From a virus: a stretch of 64,000 nucleotides of DNA. The position numbers and the translations under genes were made by a program. The stretch's first letter is position 1, and each line of letters begins with the position of its first letter. Shown piece after piece: positions 9,624 to 18,334 of this stretch. Under the pieces are notes generated by a model. That model did not search any database, was not told the DNA's origin, and worked only from the letters and a program-made list of their open reading frames with translations. Location: IMG/VR virus record IMGVR_UViG_3300022602_000033; one strand, written 5' to 3'.

Positions 9624-9810
9624 TACCAAACGCACCATGATAGTTGATGTCCAAGAGGACGAGAACGGTGAGCTGTTCCTGCAGTTCCCAGATGATCTCA
9701 TGGCTCAGCTAGGTTGGAAAGAAGGCGATACCGTCAACTGGGATATTGATGAGAACACAGGCCATATCACAGTACGCAGGGTTGAATCAGATGGTCCAGT
9801 TGGTCCCTGA
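9616..9810 (+). CDS. AbrB/MazE/SpoVT-like DNA-binding protein
   Basis: LFLQFPDDLMAQLGWKEGDTVNW...ITVRR pattern; 64 aa. Confidence 0.75.
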   Translation: MTDTKRTMIVDVQEDENGELFLQFPDDLMAQLGWKEGDTVNWDIDENTGHITVRRVESDGPVGP

Positions 9811-10028
9811 TGCCCTTGATCTACGAAAGCCCAGATAAAGGTGTCACAGTATATGGCCGAGAGCTGGGACACATGGATCGCCATCTGGTCAAAGGCGATC
9901 CCACAGATCCCTATGAACATATCTATCTGTGGCACGACATAGTGCACGCAGCCAAGGACAATCCAGCCTTGCGCGAAGTGCTGGATCAAGCTATAATGAT
10001 CTATAAGCTGAGCAAGGAGCAACCATGA
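9810..10028 (+). CDS. Hypothetical protein
   Basis: Coupled ORF beginning IYESPDKGVTVYGR. Confidence 0.7.
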   Translation: MPLIYESPDKGVTVYGRELGHMDRHLVKGDPTDPYEHIYLWHDIVHAAKDNPALREVLDQAIMIYKLSKEQP

Positions 10029-10936
10029 GCACTGCCAAGAAGTACCGTTACAGCGAGATATTCGGTGGTAACGACGGTCCAACTCCCACCATACAGGGCG
10101 AAGGTTGCTATGGCGGACATCCCACTGTGTGGATACGTTTTTGGGGCTGCAATCTAGTGTGCGGAGGCTTTGGTCAAGTTAATCCTCGCGATCCCAGCAC
10201 ATATCAGTTGGATTATCTGGACTATGATCCCATCGCAGCAAACATCCAATCCATGGACCAGTTACCCGTGTGGAAGACAGGCTGCGACAGCAGCTACAGC
10301 TGGAGCACCAAGTATGGTCATCTAGCACACCAGAGCACTGCTGAAGAGATCTGCGCAGACTTCCGCAGCAGGCTACAGGGTGGTAGCTTCACACATCCTC
10401 GCAGCGGACAGGATGTGCATCTGGCATTCACCGGCGGAGAGCCCATGATGAGCCAGACTGGTATCGTGGACATCATGCACACGCTGCGTGCACAGAATGA
10501 CAGCCCAAAGCACATCACCATAGAAACCAACGGCACACAAGCAGTGCGCAAGAACTTTGATGAGTTCTTTACCAATCAGGGCATGTACAACGGCGAACTG
10601 TTCTGGAGCGTGAGCCCCAAGCTGGGCACGTCAGGCGAAAACTGGGACGATGCGATCAAACCAGCAATCGTGCGAGACTATAGGTTGATCAGCAACGTGG
10701 GACAGCTGAAGTTCGTGCTGGATCGCAATCCCTTGACCTGGGACGAGCTGGAGCGAGCGGTTGATGCTTTCCGTGCTGTGGACGTGAACTGGCCAGTGTG
10801 GATCATGCCAGTGGGCGCTACCAGAGAAGAACAAGAAGACGTGCAGATGTGGGTCACAGAAGAAGCGCTCAAGCGCGGTTACAACGTGGCAGCTCGCATA
10901 CACTGCTGGATCTTCAGCAACGTGATAGGACGATGA
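10025..10936 (+). CDS. queE: 7-carboxy-7-deazaguanine synthase (radical SAM)
   Basis: YSEIF..TIQGEG, IRFWGCNLVC...GCDSSYSW, FTGGEPM, IETNGT, SVSPKL and ARIH motifs. Confidence 0.9.
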   Translation: MSTAKKYRYSEIFGGNDGPTPTIQGEGCYGGHPTVWIRFWGCNLVCGGFGQVNPRDPSTYQLDYLDYDPIAANIQSMDQLPVWKTGCDSSYSWSTKYGHLAHQSTAEEICADFRSRLQGGSFTHPRSGQDVHLAFTGGEPMMSQTGIVDIMHTLRAQNDSPKHITIETNGTQAVRKNFDEFFTNQGMYNGELFWSVSPKLGTSGENWDDAIKPAIVRDYRLISNVGQLKFVLDRNPLTWDELERAVDAFRAVDVNWPVWIMPVGATREEQEDVQMWVTEEALKRGYNVAARIHCWIFSNVIGR

Positions 10937-10937
10937 C

Positions 10938-11531
10938 ATGAACAAGATACCGTTTTCATGGTTACCCGCCAGCTGGGGACTCAAAGGCAAGAGCAGAGAA
11001 CTGGCTGAAGCAGAATACTACCTCACAGGCTATGATCTGGACATTGCCAAGGCACGCATCGAGCATGGGCTCGAAAGCCCAGCATTCACCAAGCGTGTGC
11101 TGGACATCACCCTGGCATATGGGAAAATCAGTGCCTATGATCACGACATGAGATTGGCAGAGATAGACCACACCGATGAAGTCGCGCTAGCATTGGCCAA
11201 GCTGGATGCGGATCTCAAGCACAACAAGATCAGTGCCCAGGAACACGAGCGCAAGACCGCAGATATCAAGAACGAACCCTACATGGCCATGCCCAAGATC
11301 AGCTGGGATCCGGTTGATCCCAGCAAGACATTCTTTGAGCTAGACTACAATGATGCATTCGTGCAATCACTGAGGGCCAACAGCTATCAGGGCACAGACG
11401 AGGACGTGATCAATCGTTGGCTCAACGATGTGTGCAACAGCATATTGTCAGAGATGGCACCAACTGATCCAGAATTCGTCAGCAATGTTCGACGAATTAG
11501 GCGCGACGACGGCAAGACAGAACACAGTTAA
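10938..11531 (+). CDS. Hypothetical phage protein
   Basis: 197-aa ORF with AGGA SD and typical codon usage. Confidence 0.7.
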   Translation: MNKIPFSWLPASWGLKGKSRELAEAEYYLTGYDLDIAKARIEHGLESPAFTKRVLDITLAYGKISAYDHDMRLAEIDHTDEVALALAKLDADLKHNKISAQEHERKTADIKNEPYMAMPKISWDPVDPSKTFFELDYNDAFVQSLRANSYQGTDEDVINRWLNDVCNSILSEMAPTDPEFVSNVRRIRRDDGKTEHS

Positions 11532-11536
11532 CACCA

Positions 11537-11542
11537 TAAATA
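11537..11542 (+). promoter_or_regulatory. Late promoter core TAAATA (gp55-type)
   Basis: TAAATA recurs in intergenic positions before genes: + strand 7281, 11537, 13950, 18799, 59220 and 63865 (full TATAAATA); - strand 3329, 21993, 34790, 35545, 50471 and 57213. It matches the T4 late consensus core. Confidence 0.7.
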
Positions 11543-11546
11543 TGCT

Positions 11547-12128
11547 GTGAACCAGACACTTACCACACTGTTTGACAGCCCAGAATGGCCCTTGATTTAT
11601 AGGCAACAGGCCAGCAGAGGCATGCTTGACGAGCTCAAAAGCCTGCCTCATCCAGCTATCGGCATAGAGATAGGTGTGGGACTAGGCATGAACAGCTGGT
11701 ACATGCTCACCGAATGCCAGAACATAGCCAGACTCACGGGTGTGGACCACTATGCTCCCTATCACGACTGGGATAAACCAGTCACACGTCCAGAAGCAGA
11801 AGCCAATTATGCTATATTGCAGGCCAACATGCCTCTGATGGGAGACAGATTCCATTTCATCAGAGAAGACAGCCAGAAGGCTGCAGCGCTTTTAGAAGAC
11901 GAAGCCTATGATTTCGTGTTCATAGACGGCGGGCACAGCATGAAACAGGTGCTGGCAGATCTGGACAGCTGGGTTCCAAAAGTTCGAGCAGGTGGGTTGG
12001 TTGCTGGGCACGATGCCAATCTGTTCTCAGTGAATTTTGCCGTGACCAGCTGGGCCAAGGCCAACGGTATCCCTGCCAAATCTGTGCGCATGGTTGCCAA
12101 CGACGGTTGGTACTGGCGCAAATCTTAA
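11547..12128 (+). CDS. Class I SAM-dependent methyltransferase (Methyltransf_24-like)
   Basis: IEIGVGLG, GVDHY, YDFVFIDGGHS and GGLVAGHD motifs. Confidence 0.85.
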   Translation: MNQTLTTLFDSPEWPLIYRQQASRGMLDELKSLPHPAIGIEIGVGLGMNSWYMLTECQNIARLTGVDHYAPYHDWDKPVTRPEAEANYAILQANMPLMGDRFHFIREDSQKAAALLEDEAYDFVFIDGGHSMKQVLADLDSWVPKVRAGGLVAGHDANLFSVNFAVTSWAKANGIPAKSVRMVANDGWYWRKS

Positions 12129-12258
12129 CAGATCTAATATACGCATTCATATCCGGGAAAAGGTTGGCAGTTAGGAAGAATCAAAAAGCAGGTTGATGGA
12201 TCTATTGACATGTAGTAATATACTAATGTTATAAATTACATCACGAAGGTAAAATGCG

Positions 12259-13248
12259 GTGCACACATATCTAGTAATAGACTGCCAAAATCTCTTCATG
12301 AGAGTGCGCCACGGTATCAAAGCACCCAGCACTGACCTACAGCTGGGCATGGCGCTGCACATCATATTCAGCAGCATCAAGAAGGTATGGTCTGATTTTC
12401 AAGGCAGCCATACCGTTTTTTGCTTGGAAGGACGCAGTTGGCGCAAGGATGTTTATGCTCCTTATAAGGCCAATCGCAAGGTGGCTGCTGCTCAGCGCAC
12501 CGAGCGCGAAGTGGAAGAAGATGCTGTGTTTTTTGAAAGCATGGACGGTTTCATCGACTTCATCAAGACCAAGACCAATTGCACAGTGCTGCGACATCCA
12601 AACGGCGAAGCAGATGACATGATCGCACGTTGGATCCAGCTGCATCCAGACGACAAGCATGTGATCATCAGCAGCGACAGTGATTTCCAACAGCTGATAG
12701 CAGAAAATGTCATACTGTACAATGGCATAGCCAGCCTGCTGTACACTCACACAGGCATCTATGATCAGGATGGCAATATAGCTGTGAACAAGCAGGGCAA
12801 GCCCATGCCTGTGCCCAATCCAGAATGGATCCTGTTCGAAAAGTGCATGCGCGGAGACGACAGTGATAACGTGATGAGCGCATTCCCCGGCGTGCGCAAG
12901 ACCAAGCTGGAAGCTGCGTTTGAAGATCGTCATAACCGTGGATATACGTGGAATAACCTCATGCTTAGCAAGTGGTTAGATCATGAAAACACAGAACACA
13001 GAGTGCGGGACGATTACGAGAGAAATCGCATGTTGATCGATCTCACACAGCAGCCACCAGACCTCATAGAAAAGTTTGATCGCACCATCATCGAAGAAGT
13101 GAATCAGGCACCAAAGAAGCAGGTGGGATTGGCGCTGATGCGATTCTGCAACATCAACGGATTGGTGCGCATCGAAAAGAATGTCAATGACTTCAGTCCC
13201 ACGCTGAGCGCATTATACGAGGGACAGCTCAAGATGGAGACAGCATGA
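12259..13248 (+). CDS. rnh: T4-type RNase H / 5'-3' exonuclease
   Basis: LVIDCQNL, SWRKDVYAPYKANR, EADDMIA, SSDSDFQQL and GDDSDNV..FPGV motifs. Confidence 0.9.
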   Translation: MHTYLVIDCQNLFMRVRHGIKAPSTDLQLGMALHIIFSSIKKVWSDFQGSHTVFCLEGRSWRKDVYAPYKANRKVAAAQRTEREVEEDAVFFESMDGFIDFIKTKTNCTVLRHPNGEADDMIARWIQLHPDDKHVIISSDSDFQQLIAENVILYNGIASLLYTHTGIYDQDGNIAVNKQGKPMPVPNPEWILFEKCMRGDDSDNVMSAFPGVRKTKLEAAFEDRHNRGYTWNNLMLSKWLDHENTEHRVRDDYERNRMLIDLTQQPPDLIEKFDRTIIEEVNQAPKKQVGLALMRFCNINGLVRIEKNVNDFSPTLSALYEGQLKMETA

Positions 13249-13724
13249 GCATCTACAAGATGAAAGAAGTGACTGAGACCAGCTACATCCTTGAAAAGGA
13301 TGGCAGCAACACCGGACTGGTAACCATCACAATCGAAGGCATCAAGGTCATAGGACCGTTTGATCGCAAGCTGTTTGCAGATGCTGACGAGCTTACTGCG
13401 TATCTGGGTGGCGATCTCACCATCGAAGCACGCGAATCCGAGGATGACAAGGAAGATGAGATCGGACAGATCAATGGCTACCCAATCAAACACAAAGCAG
13501 TGTTTGATGTGGAAGAAGGTACCATCGTGACCTACAGCAAGACTGCCAAAGGCAAAGCCAGATTCGCAGCAGGATATTATGCGCTAGACTTTGAGCATGG
13601 TTGGACTGGCAGCTACTGCCCGCGCACACAGACTCTGGAAGAGAATGAGTTCATAGGTCCGTTCCGCACCAAGCTGGAGATGCAGAATGCCATGGCCCAA
13701 AAGAAGAGGGTGAGCAAGCTATGA
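13245..13724 (+). CDS. Hypothetical phage protein
   Basis: ATGA overlap; GGAG SD. Confidence 0.7.
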   Translation: MSIYKMKEVTETSYILEKDGSNTGLVTITIEGIKVIGPFDRKLFADADELTAYLGGDLTIEARESEDDKEDEIGQINGYPIKHKAVFDVEEGTIVTYSKTAKGKARFAAGYYALDFEHGWTGSYCPRTQTLEENEFIGPFRTKLEMQNAMAQKKRVSKL

Positions 13725-13942
13725 GTGATGAAGTAAACCAAGTGCGCAGTTTCCTAGAGAAGCATCGCGTGGCCAAGATGGCCAACAGCCGTGAGATCAG
13801 ACTGACCATGCAAGAAGCCGATGTGCTTGCTGCCAGCATTGCTGTGATGTTATCGCGAGAAACTGAACTGGCTGCCAAGGTAATTGACCTACAAGCACAG
13901 ATCATGAGCGCAGAGATCAAGCAAGACGGCGGTCACTTCTAA
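13721..13942 (+). CDS. Hypothetical protein
   Basis: ATGA overlap with the upstream gene. Confidence 0.65.
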   Translation: MSDEVNQVRSFLEKHRVAKMANSREIRLTMQEADVLAASIAVMLSRETELAAKVIDLQAQIMSAEIKQDGGHF

Positions 13943-13959
13943 CCACCCTTAAATATGGG

Positions 13960-14376
13960 GTGACAAAATCAGATTGGCCTCATCAAGATCTCTGGGATCA
14001 CGGACCCTATGGTCCCCTCAAATGGATACAAGAACAGGGCATGGCCAGTGCCATAGTGCATAACCTGTTAGATGAGCAGGGACCTGTGAGCGAAGATGAA
14101 TTGTTAGCCACTCGCAAGACACTGTTCGTGAATCAAGGTTGGCGGTTGACACCCACAGGCACCAAGCTGTTCATGGACTGCTACAATCACTATAAAGCGC
14201 TCAGCGATGAGAACGAGATCATGACAGGTCGGGTGCTGATAGGCATGGATAAAGCAGTGCGAGGACCATGGGCCTATCGCGGCAAGACCATCATAACCTT
14301 TGATGCCCAGACTCATTTTGAGCTGCAGATGGTTGGCGGTAGCGCCAGAGCATTCGTGGAATTCAAAAGCGGTTGA
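13960..14376 (+). CDS. Hypothetical protein
   Basis: GTG start 4 nt after TAAATA. Confidence 0.65.
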   Translation: MTKSDWPHQDLWDHGPYGPLKWIQEQGMASAIVHNLLDEQGPVSEDELLATRKTLFVNQGWRLTPTGTKLFMDCYNHYKALSDENEIMTGRVLIGMDKAVRGPWAYRGKTIITFDAQTHFELQMVGGSARAFVEFKSG

Positions 14377-14400
14377 CAGTGTGCGTAATCATGCTATTGT
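14373..14400 (+). promoter_or_regulatory. Early sigma70-type promoter
   Basis: TTGACA-N16-TATTGT, with TGC immediately before the -10. Confidence 0.75.
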
Positions 14401-14406
14401 GTGAGC

Positions 14407-14598
14407 ATGAGATGGAAACACGCACACAGCCCAGAACTGCCCAGTGATGAACCCTGCTACGAGGTCAATCCAGACCTGTGGTCAGCGTTCAAAACCAGCT
14501 TTGACTTGCGTTTTGGATTTGGTCCAGCTGAAAAGCCAATCTACTCAGAAGCATTCTGCGCACAATGGATGGATCACGAGGTTCCCATTGACCAGTGA
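14407..14598 (+). CDS. Small hypothetical early protein
   Basis: ATG 6 nt after the -10 box. Confidence 0.55.
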   Translation: MRWKHAHSPELPSDEPCYEVNPDLWSAFKTSFDLRFGFGPAEKPIYSEAFCAQWMDHEVPIDQ

Positions 14599-14923
14599 TC
14601 GCGATTGGGGTTGGGCAGCACATCTGTACAGGACTACCATAGATGTTGCTCAATCCGATGAGCGCTATGGCGATGTGCTGGGGCGCACTATATCACAATG
14701 CGATTACAGCGAGATCACCGCAGATGACATTGCCACAGGCTGTGCAGTACGCGAATATTGGGCTGGTAAATTGGATGAAATCCTAGCAGAAACTGCAGAC
14801 AGATACACCAGAGAATGCTGGGCGATGGCCGCAGGAAAACGTGCTTTCGTGCCTATTTTTGCTGTCAGTATGACGCTTAGCTACTTGAAAAACAAGGCAA
14901 AAATACCGGTTGACAGCCTATAG
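14588..14923 (+). CDS. Hypothetical protein
   Basis: TTG start with a GAGG SD, in frame with ORF 14444-14923. Confidence 0.55.
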   Translation: MTSDRDWGWAAHLYRTTIDVAQSDERYGDVLGRTISQCDYSEITADDIATGCAVREYWAGKLDEILAETADRYTRECWAMAAGKRAFVPIFAVSMTLSYLKNKAKIPVDSL

Positions 14924-14937
14924 ATACATGCTATTGT
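14910..14937 (+). promoter_or_regulatory. Early sigma70-type promoter
   Basis: TTGACA-N16-TATTGT, with TGC immediately before the -10. Confidence 0.75.
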
Positions 14938-14955
14938 GTGTAAACAACAGGGAGT

Positions 14956-15237
14956 ATGCCTATGCTGTACACAATGGAAATCTACAAAACAGACCGACGC
15001 TCCAAAGCAGGTGAGCGACTCTGCGGCAAGTACGAATACGATCGCCCAGATCTGGATGCCATGCAGCGTGAGGTTCGTGAACTGAATTCGTTATATCCTG
15101 CCGCACAGGGCTATCGGTTTGAGATCCGCGAGACCTTGGTTACTCGCAAGAATCTGCTCACCGGACAAGAGTTCCAAGAGCGATACGACCGCCCATATCA
15201 CTGCAGTCCGGCCAGCGAAAGCTACTGGAGCGCCTGA
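14956..15237 (+). CDS. Hypothetical early protein
   Basis: GGAG SD; ends in PYHCSPASESYWSA. Confidence 0.7.
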   Translation: MPMLYTMEIYKTDRRSKAGERLCGKYEYDRPDLDAMQREVRELNSLYPAAQGYRFEIRETLVTRKNLLTGQEFQERYDRPYHCSPASESYWSA

Positions 15238-15246
15238 TCTTTCCCA

Positions 15247-15274
15247 TTGACACATCCTCGAATCGTGCTATTGT
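15247..15274 (+). promoter_or_regulatory. Early sigma70-type promoter
   Basis: TTGACA-N16-TATTGT, with TGC immediately before the -10. Confidence 0.75.
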
Positions 15275-15300
15275 AGCACATCAAACAACGGAGCAAGCAT

Positions 15301-16488
15301 ATGGCTACAGCAACTAAGAATCGTGTTCTTGAGAACACTGGCATTTCCCCGTCGCGCTTGAAAATGGCGCTTACACACAGCATCAACCGCAAGCGCCCTG
15401 TGTTCGTTTGGGGTCCCCCAGGCATTGGCAAGTCTGACATCGTTGCTGAGGTAGCACGCGAACAGAATCGTCCACTGATTGACATCCGACTGCCTCTGAT
15501 GGAACCCACAGACGTGCGTGGTATCCCTTACCTTGCTGAGGTCAAGGTCTATGACGCACAGGGCAACTTGGTGCGCGACGAGCAGAATGTTCCGCTCACT
15601 GAGAAGGTGTTCAAGTGGTCCAATCCCAGCGATTTGCCCACAGATCCCAACAGCCGCGCATTGGTGTTCTTTGACGAGATGAGCGCAGCACCTCCCAGCG
15701 TGCAGGCAGCTACCTACCAGGTTATCCTCAATCGCAAGATTGGTACCTATGAACTGCCAGCAGACGTTGTGATCGTGGCTGCAGGCAATCGCGTGAAAGA
15801 CAAGGGCGTGGCATACAACATGCCCATGCCGTTGGCTAACCGCTTCTCGCATGTCACGCTGGACGTGAGCATCGACGACTGGAAAGAGTGGGCGCTGCTG
15901 AACCGCGTGCACAAGGACGTGGTTGGTTATCTCAGCTTCCAGCCCAACGACTTGATGAACTTCCAGCCCAGCACAGACAGCTATGCGTTTGCCACGCCTC
16001 GTTCGTGGTACTTTGCGTCAGAACTGCTGCAGGAGCCCAACAAGGACGGCGACATGGTAGACGTGCGCTTGCCTGACGAGGTCTTGGGCGATCTCATCAA
16101 GGGCACCGTGGGCGAAGGTCCGGGCATCAAGTTCATGACCTATCGCAAGCAGGCAGCTAACCTGCCCAATGCCAAGGATATCTTGGAGGGCAAGGTCACC
16201 AAGCTCAACAGCAAGCAGATTGACGTGATGTATGCATTGACCACCGCGCTGTGCTACGAGCTCAACGATGCTGCCAAGCACGTGAAGACCGATGCCAAAG
16301 CAGATGATGCGTTCCAGAGCAAGGTAGACGTGTTCTTCCGCTTCATCATGGACAACTTCGAAGACGAGTTGGCTGTGATGGGTGCCAAGACCATCCTTGG
16401 TACCTACAAGCTGCCTATCAAGGCACCAAAGCTGAAGACGTGGACGGAATTTTGTAAAAAATATTCTGATTTGATCCCCTCTATCTAA
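15301..16488 (+). CDS. MoxR-family AAA+ ATPase
   Basis: Walker A GPPGIGKS, Walker B VFFDEM, AAGN, PLANRF and ATPRSW motifs. Confidence 0.9.
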   Translation: MATATKNRVLENTGISPSRLKMALTHSINRKRPVFVWGPPGIGKSDIVAEVAREQNRPLIDIRLPLMEPTDVRGIPYLAEVKVYDAQGNLVRDEQNVPLTEKVFKWSNPSDLPTDPNSRALVFFDEMSAAPPSVQAATYQVILNRKIGTYELPADVVIVAAGNRVKDKGVAYNMPMPLANRFSHVTLDVSIDDWKEWALLNRVHKDVVGYLSFQPNDLMNFQPSTDSYAFATPRSWYFASELLQEPNKDGDMVDVRLPDEVLGDLIKGTVGEGPGIKFMTYRKQAANLPNAKDILEGKVTKLNSKQIDVMYALTTALCYELNDAAKHVKTDAKADDAFQSKVDVFFRFIMDNFEDELAVMGAKTILGTYKLPIKAPKLKTWTEFCKKYSDLIPSI

Positions 16489-16494
16489 ATAACA

Positions 16495-16541
16495 CAGGGC
16501 GTCAGCTTAATGGTTGACGCCCTGGCAATACGTGCTATTAT
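16495..16541 (+). promoter_or_regulatory. Hairpin overlapping an early promoter
   Basis: Inverted repeat CAGGGCGTCAGC/GTTGACGCCCTG whose right arm contains the -35 TTGACG, followed by N16 and TATTAT. Confidence 0.65.
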
Positions 16542-16561
16542 GGTTTATCGGAGGTACACAC

Positions 16562-17836
16562 ATGTCAATTCAACGAGATCCAATTGCCAAGAAGATCAGC
16601 CAGGCACGCTTAGAACTGCTGTTCAAGACACCATTCTTTGGCACGCTGACCATGCAGCTGCCGTTAGTAGATGCCACTGACGCAGGTTGGTGCACCACAG
16701 CAGCCGTGGACGGACGCAACATCTATTACAATCGTGACTTCTTCAAGGATCTGGATGTGGACGAGATCAAGTTCGTGCTGTGCCATGAGGTGCTGCATGT
16801 GGCGCTGGACCACTTTGGTCGCCGCACACACCGTGATCCCAGCTGGTGGAACATGGCCAATGACTACATCATCAATGGCATGCTCACCACAGACAAGATT
16901 GGCAAGATGCCCACAAAGAAGGTCACAGACGTTGACGAGAAGGGCGAGACCAACCAGCGTGTGGGCTTGTATGATGAGAAGTATCTGGGTTGGACCTCTG
17001 AGGCAGTGTACGACGATCTGCAGAAGCGCAAGGTCAAGAAACAACTGACCATGGACGTGCATCTGGAGATGGGCGGGGACAGCAATGGCAAGGATGGCAA
17101 GGGTCGCCAGGCTGTGGACAAGGACGGCAATCCCATCAAGGTCAGCAAGGAAGAACTGGACAAGATCCGCGAAGAGATGAAGAACAAGGTCTTACAGGCA
17201 GCACAGGCCAGCGCAGGCAAGATGCCAGCCAGCTTGCAGCGTCTGGTGGACGATCTCATCGAGCCCAAGATCAACTGGCGCGATCTCCTGCAGCAGAACA
17301 TCCAGAGCTGCATCACTGACGACTTTACCTGGATGCGTCCTAACCGCAAGCACATGTATGGTGGCATCTTCCTTCCCACGCTGGACAAGGACGATACCAT
17401 TGACATTGCCATTGCCATTGACATGAGCGGTTCAATCAGCGACAGCATGGCCAAGGACTTCCTCAGCGAGGTCTATGGCATCATGCAGATGTACAACGAC
17501 TTCGCCATCAGCATCCTCTGCTTTGACACCCAGGTCTACAACTTCCAGAAGTTCACCAAGGACAGCGCAGACGATTTGCTGACCTATGAGTGCAAGGGAG
17601 GCGGCGGCACAGAGTTCATGGCATTCTGGAACTACTGGATGGAAGAGCAGATTGAACCCAAGAAGGCAGTGATCTTCACAGACGGTTATCCGTTTGGTAC
17701 ATGGGGTCCGGAGAGCTACTGCGACGTGCTCTGGATCATCACTGAGGGTCACAAGACTCGCGTGAAGCCACCGTTTGGTCAGTATGCTTACTATGACCAT
17801 GACACGGGTGTGGCAGAGATTGGACAGGCTGCGTGA
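16562..17836 (+). CDS. Metallopeptidase-like + vWA domain protein (DUF2201-like), MoxR partner
   Basis: TAAVDG, CHEVLH (HExxH), MIDAS DMSGS, GGGGT and FTDG motifs; GGAGG SD. Confidence 0.88.
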   Translation: MSIQRDPIAKKISQARLELLFKTPFFGTLTMQLPLVDATDAGWCTTAAVDGRNIYYNRDFFKDLDVDEIKFVLCHEVLHVALDHFGRRTHRDPSWWNMANDYIINGMLTTDKIGKMPTKKVTDVDEKGETNQRVGLYDEKYLGWTSEAVYDDLQKRKVKKQLTMDVHLEMGGDSNGKDGKGRQAVDKDGNPIKVSKEELDKIREEMKNKVLQAAQASAGKMPASLQRLVDDLIEPKINWRDLLQQNIQSCITDDFTWMRPNRKHMYGGIFLPTLDKDDTIDIAIAIDMSGSISDSMAKDFLSEVYGIMQMYNDFAISILCFDTQVYNFQKFTKDSADDLLTYECKGGGGTEFMAFWNYWMEEQIEPKKAVIFTDGYPFGTWGPESYCDVLWIITEGHKTRVKPPFGQYAYYDHDTGVAEIGQAA

Positions 17837-17845
17837 GCAGCCTGT
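17824..17845 (+). terminator. Stem-loop (possible terminator or stabiliser)
   Basis: ACAGGCTGC-GTGA-GCAGCCTGT with a GNRA loop at the end of the vWA gene; the U-tract is weak. Confidence 0.45.
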
Positions 17846-17864
17846 GCTTAACAGGGAGGTATAG

Positions 17865-18056
17865 ATGAGCCTAGAGAATCACATCAATCGTTTGATCACA
17901 GAACACCAGGCACTGGACGATGAGATCGATCGTGCAGAGCGCACAGGACGTTACGATGATGACGCACTGCACCAATTGAAAAAGAAAAAGTTGGCTCTCA
18001 AGGATGAGATCGCTAAACTTATGGCAGGCGCAGATAACAAGAAGGCAGGCGACTAA
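17865..18056 (+). CDS. DUF465/YdcH-like coiled-coil protein
   Basis: L..EH..LD.EI...LKKKKLALKDEI pattern. Confidence 0.8.
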   Translation: MSLENHINRLITEHQALDDEIDRAERTGRYDDDALHQLKKKKLALKDEIAKLMAGADNKKAGD

Positions 18057-18334
18057 TGCAAGGTACACCCGGAGAATTCCGACCACAGCTGGGACAGCTC
18101 AGTGCTCAGCTGTGTGCTATGGTAGCAGAGAGATTGGCCATGTGGAGCCGAGACATGCCGCCTCAGGAGCGACAGAAGATCATTGATATGATCGAGGACA
18201 AACTGCCCACGGTGGTTACCAACAGCATCGAAAAGACTGCCAGCCTGCACAGTGCGCAGGGTGTGGCCTATCTGGAAGAGCACTTGGAGGAATGGGCCGA
18301 ATCATGGGCTCGCAAGTTCATAGGCAAGGATTGA
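18056..18334 (+). CDS. Hypothetical protein
   Basis: TAATG coupling. Confidence 0.65.
   Translation: MQGTPGEFRPQLGQLSAQLCAMVAERLAMWSRDMPPQERQKIIDMIEDKLPTVVTNSIEKTASLHSAQGVAYLEEHLEEWAESWARKFIGKD

Noticed and set aside
11547-12128. Methyltransferase as a DNA methylase or deazaguanine methylase
   Set aside because: It has no DPPY/NPPY or PC motif, resembles small-molecule/glycan O-methyltransferases, and sits under a separate late promoter.
15268-17800. Long antisense ORFs (e.g. 15268-15912, 16864-17454; also 91-669, 21350-22042, 42706-43458)
   Set aside because: These are shadow frames of well-supported genes caused by codon bias, with no motifs or translation signals.
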